From positions 186,001 through 250,000 of the forward strand of contig CBFFRP010000035.1 in the NCBI GenBank assembly GCA_965644295.1: a DNA stretch of 64,000 bases, in the 5' to 3' direction. Below, piece after piece: positions 49,949 through 61,073 of the stretch. Each line of letters begins with the position of its first letter. The first letter of the stretch is position 1. The DNA comes from Paraphysomonas bandaiensis (taxonomy: Eukaryota; Protista; Chrysophyceae). The position numbers were made by a program, and so were the translations under genes. Under the pieces are notes generated by a model, which ran no database searches, had not been told where the DNA came from, and worked only from the letters and a program-made list of their open reading frames with translations.

Positions 49949-52900
49949 CTACAAGAGATATGGCTGAAATATGCGAGTAAACTCAGAGCAATTCACCATT
50001 TCATCGTCTTCCATGTCCATCATTTTTCCAAGGATTGCATAACTAGCAACTTCAGGAATTTGAAGTGACTTAATTTTTTCGCGAAGCATTTTAACTGGAA
50101 TAAACCCAACTACTTGCTCATCGTAATACTCAAACAACGTTTCGAGGTCTGTTTCATTTAGAAAATCTTTTCCATATATTTTTCGCTTCGAAATTTCGTC
50201 TTGTACATATTTCAGTATCTGTTTCTGAACTTCTTTATTTGCATTGCTAAATACCACTGGAATGAGATCGTTAATCGTCAAATAACCTTGCTTATTGGTG
50301 TCAACACGATTAAATATCGTCCTTGCTTGTTGCTGACTTGTGTTTTTATTCAGTGATGTCAAAAAGTTGCACCATTCATCTGGATCGAGGTCACCGCTGT
50401 AATCAGCATCTACTTTTTGAAATATTTCTAAAAAGTGTTTTACATCTGCCATCTTGTAGAAAGGGAGGAGTATCCTTGTAGTTAAAACCTTCTTTTGTGC
50501 AGAACTATCAGAAGCGCGGCTAAATGAGCTTTTAATCGCGATCACCAACTTCTTTTCGAGATAAGCAACGTTAGTTTGACTTGAACTCATAGTATTGCGA
50601 AATTTCGACTTCTTCTTAGATGAGTAACTCTTCGGTTTTAATTGCCTGATTTCCCAGTCGGGTACACTACTGACCTCCGCCTCTGCAACTTTATCCATAA
50701 GACCTTTGATACGTTCCTCGTCGATTTTCAGGGCTCGCACTTCCTCGTCACACTTCATATTAGACGTATCTACAAAGTTTACTGTTTTGTTTGTGCTTTT
50801 CGTTTCTCTATCGCTCCCTTCATCATCGTCGCCCATACTGGACGGCAAAGAAACCTCGTGCAGAGGAGGATCAAGCACGTGGACCAGACTCCCAACTCGC
50901 TTAATGTTGTGTTTTATACGTTGCACAGACACCACATGTTGAGCTCTTGCCTTCGAATATCGATGAGAATTTCCACTGAATTCAGTGTTTGCATGTTTAT
51001 ACATATCCTGCCACATAGAAGTGCCACAATTAACAACGTTAGACGCATACAACGTTGCCTACCTTTTGCTCTCCAAATCTGACTTCAGCGGCATTGACAG
51101 TGCCTAGAGTGGGGATTCGTACTTTAGCAGACATATGTATGTTTCGTAACATTGTTTTTGGCATCGCCCTGTCGTACACTCGTACTTTATCATTATTACC
51201 GTTGATTCGTTGTAGAATTTTGTGTCCTTCCGCATCGATAAGGCCCTGCTGGTGACCTAAAGCAATTGAGTGTTCAGAAAATGCCGGAATCTCGTTGGGC
51301 ACGATTTCCTCAGTCGTTGACCACAATGAATGCATACTCTTTGTGGTCTTTTCAGAGCATGTGGAAGTTTGGGAACGCATCGAGGTCACAGAGGCCGATG
51401 AAACACTAATCGCATCTCCGTTAGCAGACTTTTTGCGGGAGCCATGTCGTGATAATAGTGGTGGAATCTTGGTTGGACTTTTCACATGATACGACGGAGA
51501 TTTTGGCTTCAATTTACTAGGCGAAAGAGGGGATAATTGTGGAGCTGTAAAAGGCTTCAATTCTACTGGAGAAAATGAATCGCTCGAAGATCGTGCAGCA
51601 GGAATAGCAGTCAGACTACGATGTTTAGTATCATCCATCTTCTCTAAGTCTTCCTCGTCGCTCCCAGCCACAGATGATGATTTGTGCACAAAATGACCCA
51701 AACCCTGGCTGAATTCATCTCCATGAAACGATGAGTTTCTCTCTATAGGGTTTTCCTCTTTGAGTCTGTGGGCAATGTTTTCATCTTCGGTTGAATCCTT
51801 AGGAGCACACAGTTCACGTAGCACTGACGCTCTGAAATGAGCTTTAGCAGCAGCTGCCTTCGACCTCTTCGTAACCTTCCCTAGACTCGAATCGTTCTTA
51901 GTCCGTAGCATTAACAGGTTGTTATCACCAGGCCCTGATCCAGCAATAAAAATGGAATTAATGGCCGCTTTCCTTCTGTCTAATCCTTTTTCAGGGGCAG
52001 GAGGCGGGGCATCTCCTACCAATTCACGAACTAACTTGGCCGCAATATCTTTATGCGACTGGTTAATAGGAATTCGCTCCAGTATAAACTTCCAATTATC
52101 GTTTTCATCTTCTTCTTCGTCTATCATAGATCTAGCTTTCATACGCTCAGTAATATTAGGTAGTGGAAGCTCTCCAAGCATCTCATTGTCCATATTCCAT
52201 ATGCGATGATAGCCATCTAGGGAGACAGTTATAACACACCCATGATCGTGTAGAGGCACCACAGCCGGAATGATGTCAGAGTGCGCTTTCCATGCTCGAA
52301 GCGAATATTCAACAATCGGTGACTCTTCCCCCACAATAGCGGTATTATTTGTGACAATATTAAATTGAGATTGACTTCGCTGCATCGTCATTTGCATTTC
52401 ATGGAGTTGACGTTGTACTTTCGCATTCACCGCATCCTCCTCGCTTGCAGAGAGGTCTGAATCCACACTACTGTCATCGTCGTCAAATGTCTGAACGTTC
52501 TCAATGAAACTATCAGACAGAGCATCAGTATTTACGTTTTCATTACACTCATTACTCTCCAAATGTTTTGACTCCACGCTGCCTGGTACTGTCTTCGGGT
52601 CGCCCTGTAAAACATTAGAGTCATCGGATAATATCCCACGTTGTCTTGTAGCATTGGCTTTACTTATCAGAGTAGAAGCAGATGTAGGGAAGAGCTCTAC
52701 AAACTTTTGTGAAGCTTCTTTTCGCAATCGCGATGCATCCCATACAATAAGATATCCCTCATCCGAAGTACCCACAAACAAGTCTCCTAACTTGATACTG
52801 TTTCTTGAGTTGCTTGACGAATAGTTCACCGACCCATGGGGAGGACAGTGGAGTAGTGTCATTCCATTTATATATACTGTTGATGAATGGCGTAGTGAAT

Positions 52901-55772
52901 GCGTGAGAGCAATCCTGAACTCGAACGTGTCCATTGTGTATATCCGTATGGCATTTCCAGTACACACGGCTAGAGTTAAGTAGTGCTTGGTCTCCAAAGG
53001 TAGGCCTTGGGCGATCCGTTCCTTGATCTCCATTGCGTCACCAGAAGCATATATTACTTCAATATCACAAATGCTAGCTTCTTCCTCAATAAGCATGAGA
53101 CGCTTAAATGTGATAATATTCCACGCTCCCCAGAACTTTCCAGCAGATGCTCCCACCAACAGTTTTAAAGACGGAACTGCTTTCAAGACATTGATTCCGC
53201 AGTTATCTCCAATCGCTTGCTCTGCTGTAATATGGATCGACAGCCTCCCCGAATTCTCCTCTAGGCACCTAATTCTCCCATCCATAGACCCAGTGAACAC
53301 AAGACTTCTATTTCCAGTCTTCATTACCACAATTGACATTATCTCCTTGCTGTGAACTACCATCGTATCAATAGGAGCTCCAGTAGCGAAATTCACTAGC
53401 ATCAGCCTACCACTGCTGTATCCTATGTACAGTCGTCTCCCACTTGTGCCATCCAGACATGCACTGGATATGTCTGAGTTATCGCTTGTGCAAAACGAAG
53501 ATTGAAAACTCCCACTGCATATATCGTATTTGAACATGTTCTTGCCGACACCAGTAACAATAGCAGCAGTGGGCTCGCTGTAAACGACGCAAGTGGGGGG
53601 GATAAATTCGACTGCATTCTTCTCCGGCAAGAGATGAACTAACTTCGTTGATCCGGCTATAATATTCGAATAGTACCCTTGAGAACTCTTGGGGTCAAAT
53701 GGCAGTTCCATGAACCGTATACGAGCTACTTGAGGTTCATGAGTATGAATTTTGAACACCTGTAGAACTTGAGCGAGTCCAGGATGACTTCCCTTTTCCT
53801 TTACAAATATGTTCCACAGTCGGAACTCTCCTGAATCATCAACAGTTACGGCTCTGAGATTGTCCTCTGTTTGATTGGCAGTACACATAATTTTGGCTGT
53901 TGCAATCGGCATGCGGTGTCCCCGAAGAATGAGAGTCGCCTCTTTTAGCGCTAAGTCCCATGTCTTGGCCTCACACTCATATCCTGCAGAGAGCAACACG
54001 CCTTTAGCAAACGACATGCATCTGACACCCCTTTCGTGGCCCAGCAGGACTCCCTTCACCCGCCGACTACCTTGACTCCACAGCACTATGCGCTTATCCA
54101 GAGAGCAGGTTGCAAACAAGTCCAAAACATCGATGGCCAAGAAATCCGTCACCATGTCCTTGTGACGAATTAAATGGAATATTTTCGTGCCAAGGTCAAT
54201 ATCCCAGCCGTATATAATATTATCTTGTGCTACAGAGCACAATATCTTACTCTTTTCGCTCCAACAGAGCTTCACATGCAAAAAACTCGATGTAATTTTA
54301 TTGACAAGGCAGTAATGTATTTTCTTTCCGTTCAAACTACACTGCTCGCGGCAAGTCACAATGGTATGGTCAGATGCACAATAAGCATAAAGGTCTTTCG
54401 AGGGGATGAAACAACAATCATGAATTTTAATTGTATCGTGAGCATCGATAGGGACCAATTTAGATGGCTCAATTTTGGCCATCAGTTCAAACCGGTCGCT
54501 AAATACATGCACTACATCACCTTTGTCCTGCATTACCATTAGTCGCTTGGTCTCAGGTGCATACCTCATTGTTGATAGTGGTATGTAACTACTCAGTACA
54601 GTATCAACAATGTTTTTATCCTCACTGTATTCAATAACGTAATCATCTAGCTTATCGGCGCCTTTCAAGGCATTGCCCCCTTCCGCTCCAACCGTACCCC
54701 CGACAAGTCCTGCATGAATGCAAAAAGTAGTGAACTCATCCCAGTCTACAGCCCCGTCGCCATTAAAATCTATCTGACTGAACATATCTTGCAGCATGGC
54801 AACCGTGTAAGCGGCCTCACTTTCGTCTATCACAGTTGGGTAGGACTCATATAGCTGGGCAAATATAGCAGCCGTGAAGTGTGTAATATCCAGTCCATCA
54901 CTCTTTAAAAAGCTCTGTTTCAACTTAGGAAGGGCAGTAGATGAGAGGGCAGAGCATATGGCTTTAACGCTGGCAAAGAGGCGGGGGCGATATAAGTCCA
55001 AAGAAGGGACGGAAGATACCACAATCTGCATGCACTTCTCATCTTTCTCCTTTCCAGTAGCCACATACACCGGGTCAAAAATATTTCTGTATTGCCATGC
55101 TGGTGTGCCGTTTTCGTTCCAACCGTCTTTGTACAAGATACTCAATGCAACGCCCTGATAATCTTTACGTGTCCGGCTGACCGTCTGGAAAAGCGGTACG
55201 CTAGTAAACGCCCCGGGTTCAACCTTGCTCATAAAATTCGAAGAGTCCTTGTCAAGGTTCTCCTGGGTACAGTGAACAACCACACGCTGCACGAATTGAA
55301 AGTTGCGAGGGCCACCATCGATAAACAACAAGATAGCAGCAGTGCGTGGGTCTACTCCACTGAAATCAATATGGACGTTTTCTTGATGTGAGGATGTTTG
55401 AGCATGACTATCAATATCTGCTTCTAGCTTTGAACTGCCATCAAATGAGACGGGGTTATCAAATGTCAGTTTCTCAATAAATCTCGCCTTCGAATAGCAG
55501 TGACAATAAATAAGAGGCATATATAATCACTTACTCGCTCATCATAAAAATAACACACTAAATCCAAATCACATATGATTCCATTGGACGTCAACCATTC
55601 AACAGCCTGCACAGTCATACAGAGAGACAGACAGACGTATGAATATCATAGCTACACTCATATGATATGCACATACCAGTCGCAGCCCTGTAGTCTTCTC
55701 TGTGAATTTAAAGGTGCCATTCGGACCGATTTTAGGGACACTGTCGTCTGAATGTCTTCTTTGTCGCTGCAT
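49949..55772 (-). CDS. ~1900-aa TerD-like / EF-hand / WD40 / EF-hand protein
   Basis: N-terminal AVEW...CDLDLVCYFYD...ENVHIDFSGVDP (TerD-like); DFNGDGAVDWDEF EF-hand; WD repeats (TCSLDKRIVLW, SAGYECEAKTWD, TGSMDGRIR, TVSLDGYHRIWN); C-terminal EF-hands DADYSGDLDPDE and DTNKQGYLTIND. Confidence 0.85.
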
Positions 55773-56113
55773 ATTATGTTAACGCCTATCACGCATCGGG
55801 TGCTTGGGCGGTTAAATAATATCAATCCCTGCAGTGGTTCCTCTATAGAATGAGCTGGCTAACAGTGAGTGCTTTACACCTCATGATACACTCCTTATAC
55901 TGCATATAACTCACATACACATGAATGAATATGTGCACACAGCTCACTTCATTCTTCCTTCTTCTGTACTGCTATACTGCAAGGTACATACATCCCGGTG
56001 AGGTGCAGCCTGTACACACTGTTGTCCTCCAGTTCTTCTTCGTATGCATCGCACCTGCGCACTTCTGATACGAGCTTTCGGTTTTATTAGATCTACACAG
56101 CCTGTGCTACACC

Positions 56114-56129
56114 GTATACCATGGTATAC
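56114..56129. promoter_or_regulatory. 16-bp perfect palindrome GTATACCATGGTATAC in a divergent promoter (identical copy at 829-844)
   Basis: Exact sequence match at two 5' intergenic regions; regulatory function is inferred. Confidence 0.4.
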
Positions 56130-56339
56130 TACACCGTATACCTGTCCACAGGTCTGGTATACTGTACCGGTATACGGTGTACAGCAGCAGTGCAGTGATG
56201 TACACTGCTGTAGTACATCTAGACCTCTGCGGTTCTGCAGAGGAGAGCAGCGGCATGCATGGATCATGTACATATGCATAGTATTAAGTTCGTGTCTTCT
56301 ATTTGCACTGCACGAAATGCAATATGCCATTGGCTGGTA

Positions 56340-57626
56340 ATGCTTATTATGAAGTACGTTTATGTGTTCCTGTTAGTTGCTGTGCACACGAGGAGGGTGA
56401 TATCTAGAGGCTCTGCGCTGTCCACTGAACTCAAGTGGACAGAAGCGTCCAGAGACGAGTTATCATCAACATATATCAACAGCGAGATGTTGATAATTGG
56501 CGACTATAAATCTCCCATGTACCACAACAAACCACTTCCTCAGCAGTGTTTGTTGGGTCATTCTAGGCCTGGTATCAAGGCTGTAGTTTCAAGTGTCCGG
56601 AAGTCAGCGTGTGTGTTGCGTGGAATTCGTGATCGAATAGGAGCGCGATATCACTGGAAGAATATGTCAATGCCGTCAGAGCGTCTTTCAGCTTTACACC
56701 TTATAAATGAACTCTTTCGAGACAAGAACCACTCTGTCGCTAACCTATTGTTTATCGGTGATTCTATTAATACTCAGTTGGCTCAGTTTTTGACATGCGA
56801 TTTATTACGGACGGGCATGGAAATGAATCCCAAGAGTGATAATGCAGTTGCATCATTTAATCACACGATTGCTGAATTTATCATACCAGCACGACAAAGA
56901 AATCCTGTCCATAGTTTATTTCGTATTCATAACAAGCAATTCAATCTACCATGCATACATAATATAAAACCGGATTGCCATAGCGCATTTGCCAAAGAAA
57001 GCAAAGCATATTTTCACACTCTTCATACAATTGAAAGTGCATTGTCAGCAGCTTTAAATCAAAGCGCTGAAATTTTTTCTCACCGTCAAACCTATGTTGT
57101 GTTTAACTACGGACTTCACGTTAAGAAACCTCACTTGCCGTGGGCAACGCGGGGAATGGCCAAAGCACTTATCGAAGTATCAGAGAAATATAGAAACGAT
57201 AGCATTTATTTTTTATATCGTGAAACTTCTGCGCAGACATTTTGGTACTCTGAAGGTGGGTTCACTTGTGTAGTTTTGGATGTTTTTAAGTGGCATTTGA
57301 TGTCAGATGGATCATTCCGCTATGACATGGACAGTGCTCAACACGATGGTTTGTGCTGTTCTAAACCAACGCGAATATATCCTAGCACTAATTGGAGGGA
57401 TAGCAGTTTCACGGAAGCACTTGGTTCCTTCGACCACAATTGGAATAAGTACATTGGCTATATTCCTTTCTTCAACACGTCAGTTGCATTGTATGATTTG
57501 AGAATAGAATACAACAATATTACACAGAGAATAGATTGCTCACATTTTATATACACCCCTCTTGCATATACAATGATTTGGTTGGATATAGCGATAGCGA
57601 TTCAATCTTTAGTCGTCGAGTACTAG
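56340..57626 (+). CDS. SGNH/PC-esterase (TBL-like O-acyltransferase/esterase) family protein
   Basis: N-terminal hydrophobic anchor; LLFIGDS; VVFNYGLH; YRETSAQ; C-terminal DCSH. Confidence 0.75.
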   Translation: MLIMKYVYVFLLVAVHTRRVISRGSALSTELKWTEASRDELSSTYINSEMLIIGDYKSPMYHNKPLPQQCLLGHSRPGIKAVVSSVRKSACVLRGIRDRIGARYHWKNMSMPSERLSALHLINELFRDKNHSVANLLFIGDSINTQLAQFLTCDLLRTGMEMNPKSDNAVASFNHTIAEFIIPARQRNPVHSLFRIHNKQFNLPCIHNIKPDCHSAFAKESKAYFHTLHTIESALSAALNQSAEIFSHRQTYVVFNYGLHVKKPHLPWATRGMAKALIEVSEKYRNDSIYFLYRETSAQTFWYSEGGFTCVVLDVFKWHLMSDGSFRYDMDSAQHDGLCCSKPTRIYPSTNWRDSSFTEALGSFDHNWNKYIGYIPFFNTSVALYDLRIEYNNITQRIDCSHFIYTPLAYTMIWLDIAIAIQSLVVEY

Positions 57627-57871
57627 CAGTGAATTTTTACCCTGGTGAACCAGAAACCAGACTCCAACCTTGATTCAGTGGTACATGAACTCACCTACTC
57701 AGCATTATTACTGCTACAATTATATAGTTCGTTCCTGAATATTTTTTTTGTGTGTATGATAAAGGAGACCATTAATTATATTAGCAAAGAAGTTGCCGTC
57801 AAGATAAGAATCTAGAGACAATTAGATACCAAAGCAGGCTGATATCTCTAGATTATCACGTCAATTACCAG

Positions 57872-57996
57872 CAGGCTTGCGTAACCATTAATGGTAATGG
57901 CCATTCATGGCCTTCCCCCATAAAATGGAAAAAAGCAATTCATTAATGGCCATAAAAATGGGGGAGAGATGTAGTGCCCATTAATGGCAATATCCA
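57872..57996 (+). mobile_element. Probable hAT-like terminus remnant
   Basis: CAGGCTTGCGTAA (11/13 match to the 4388-4400 TIR) followed by clustered CATT(A/C)ATGG repeats; partner end not found. Confidence 0.45.
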
Positions 57997-58370
57997 TTAG
58001 TTAGTATCTAGTTGTCAGCACCATGTAAGAATACGTGACAAGACACGACCTTCCGGTCCATTATTAGTTATTAATATATTATATACGTATTTAAGTCATT
58101 TAAGCAATCTGTTTTAAGAATTCATATAAATTCTATTGGTGTGATAACATCACAATTATGTTGTGAATGTTAACATGAATTGATTGTACCACCTTCTTTT
58201 CTAGTTTTAAATTCACAGCTCAGCACTTGTCAGCATAAGCAATACGAACTGTATAAGAATTACTTTCATGTATAAAGAATTGTATAAATATCTGTGTTCT
58301 ATGTGTACATTGTACACATCCAAAGTAAAAAGTCCGTAGGGGAATTTAGTAGAAAAATTAAATACAGTAG

Positions 58371-58844
58371 TGAATGTTATATTATTAGCAATAGACGTTG
58401 AAGAGTCAGATGGTGGATCATACTTACAGTGCTTATATTACTTAGCACTGATATCCTACTATATTTTACGCTACGGAAGCTACTTGTGCGTCACCGCAAG
58501 CACCAAGATGCAACACAGTAAGCAAGCAGGGTGTTGATATACCTGAGATCTGCTGACTTCAGGAGTTTTGAGCCCTAAAGGTGAGGTGAACATCCCGGAT
58601 GCTTGGCTTCTTCAGCAGGCAGTCCTAAATCCCGGACATCCATCTTGAGGTGCGCCCATTCCCGGATGCCTGTTCATTCGTCAAGGCGTCTACACAAGTG
58701 ACACTTATTAGTAGGTTATGAGTGGGAAGAACAATATCTGCTGACTATATATATGCTGCTCACGTTAGTTTCCAGCAGGGGAATAACGCCGGTACTTATC
58801 CCTCAGAATACCACGAAAATGTGCGAGTCCGACTTTGTTGAGGG
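58371..58844 (-). mobile_element. Full-length diverged AB copy
   Basis: Reverse-complement homology from the tail to GAGTCCGACTTTGTTGAGGG. Confidence 0.82.
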
Positions 58845-59047
58845 CCCAACGGATACACGCAACGTCATTCACACCACTATCATTGAATATTTCAAAGCTG
58901 TTGAATATTTACAACAGCTTATATACTATGCTATATATTGTATTGCGATGATTACTTAATATCCACAAACAGCTACTCAGTTTCTTCTTTGCCAACGATA
59001 TTTGACGTATGTTATTATTCTTTCTGAGGTTAAGGAAAGTGTAGTAG

Positions 59048-59584
59048 TTAATGTCTTATTACTATCAAAATAGGCGTGTAAGAATCAGAACTAATGTAGC
59101 AAAGCAATTTAACAAACACTAGTGCTGCTACTAATTCGCGCTACGAAAGCTGCTTGTGCGTCACCGCAAGCACCAATGTACAAACCCCTTTCGCTCACTG
59201 TCCTTAAATTGAACTAGCCCGGACACTTGTTGACTTCCGTAGGCAGCCCAGTTCCCCGAATGACCTTGAGGTGGGCCCCATTCCCGGATGCCTGTTTATT
59301 CGTCAAGGCCCAAAACGTGTACACAACACAAGTGACACTAATAATTAGTGTTCCTTGTACCACACACAAGCAAAACAATATCCGCTGACTATATATATAT
59401 ATGTGGCTCATGTTAGATCTCACATACAAGAACGAAAGTGCTCGCACCTTGGTGCTTGCGGCGACGCACAAGTAGCTGCCGTTGCCTGTTGCTAATAATA
59501 AGACTTTCATATATACATGTTAGTATCTCCGGTACTTACTCACAAGAACACTAGGAAAAGGTGCGAGTCTGACTTTGTTGAGGG
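59048..59584 (-). mobile_element. Full-length AB copy with a nested opposite-strand tail insertion (59417-59515)
   Basis: The nested piece is flanked by a perfect CATGTTAG duplication (59409-59416 / 59516-59523). Confidence 0.8.
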
Positions 59585-59657
59585 TAGAGAAAATGTGTAC
59601 TGACAATGATATTATTGTCACAAAATTATTATTATTATAAAGGAAGTGTGTACATAC

Positions 59658-60487
59658 TAACAGAAGTTGACATTATTTGCTAAGGTTTGCTGTTCTCAAT
59701 TGAATAAGATTGAAATTATAACATTACATGATAAAGAACCTAGGTTGTACTCTCGGTGTGTTCAACACCAATCATGTACGAACCACACACTCAGTAATAT
59801 CATACCCCAACTTATACTTCGGTTTCATACTAGAATTATTCTATAATATACTAATTACATATAGATATGTCTTTCGATCCTCTCACATATTATACTGCAC
59901 TCAATTGCAAGCATATAGAATCTTCAGATCTCAACAACAAGGTATCTTTTAGTATAGAAGAACTTGGATGCATGTGTTGAAATCTGAAGATTCTATTTGC
60001 TTACAATTGAGTACAGTATTATATGTATATATTGAAAGTCTTATTTTTTAGCAATAGGCGTTAAAAATCTGCACCAATGTAGTGGTTAGTTGAATGCTAG
60101 ACATGTAGACCTCTATCCAGAACTAATCACCACAAACTCTATTATCCTACTATTTAGCGCTACAGAAGCTGCTTGTGCGTCGCCGCAAGCACCAAGGTGC
60201 GACCTGTATTATAATATGTGAGAGGCAAGGATCGAAAGACATATCTATATATAATTAGTATATTATATATTCTAGTGTATGAAACTGAAGTATAAGTTGG
60301 TGCCTATATATACAGGATACGATTACTGAGTGTGTGGTTCGTACATTATAGAATTAAATGATTGGTGTTGAACACACCGAATACAACCTAGGTTCCTTAT
60401 CTTTTATCATCATGTATGTAATGTTGTAATTTCAATCTTATTCAATTGAGAACAGCAAACCTTAGCAAATAATGTCAACTTCTGTTA
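59658..60487. mobile_element. Foldback/MITE-like element with ~280-bp inverted arms
   Basis: TAACAGAAGTTGACATTATTTGCTAAGG... mirrored by ...CCTTAGCAAATAATGTCAACTTCTGTTA; ~40-bp central spacer (59937-59975); TA or TAC duplication at the ends. Confidence 0.85.
60024..60205 (-). mobile_element. 5'-truncated tail copy inserted in the foldback right arm
   Basis: TSD GTATTATA (60016-60023 / 60206-60213); absent from the left arm. Confidence 0.85.
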
Positions 60488-61073
60488 TACCTATGATCAG
60501 TAGCTATACCAAATCGCTTATCAGTTATACATCACGATAATGTGCTGACGAAGATCATGCGCGTACTTGTAAATTTGCTAATAGAATTGAAAGATGGTAG
60601 ATGATAGTTACTAGAATAGTTTTAATTGGCAACTAAATTAATAGGTTTAAAAAATGATAATTGCAATTATTTATAATGGTAAATTTTACCAATTGGCTGG
60701 CTTAATTATATAGCATCATAAGCTGTTCCAATATGCACAAAAAACAGTCGTCTGAAATTAACTGCCACAGGAAGAGAAGAAACCATATACTTGTGTAAAC
60801 AACACTAATAAGAAGATATATAATTACATCGAGATATGTTTCCAACTTTCAAAATATGACATGGAAATGATTCTATCATGAGAAAGCTTTCCCAGTTACA
60901 CATTTCCATACCCTGTGTAGAAATATATAGCCACACAGTATCAATACTGCTACTGTTGTAGTTGCAGTGGCACAGACATCAGTTGAACTTCAAAGATGAA
61001 GTACCTGCGAACCTAAAGTATATTCTATAAGAAAGTGAATACTTCACGCTTTTATTTGAAAAGGATATAGTTA

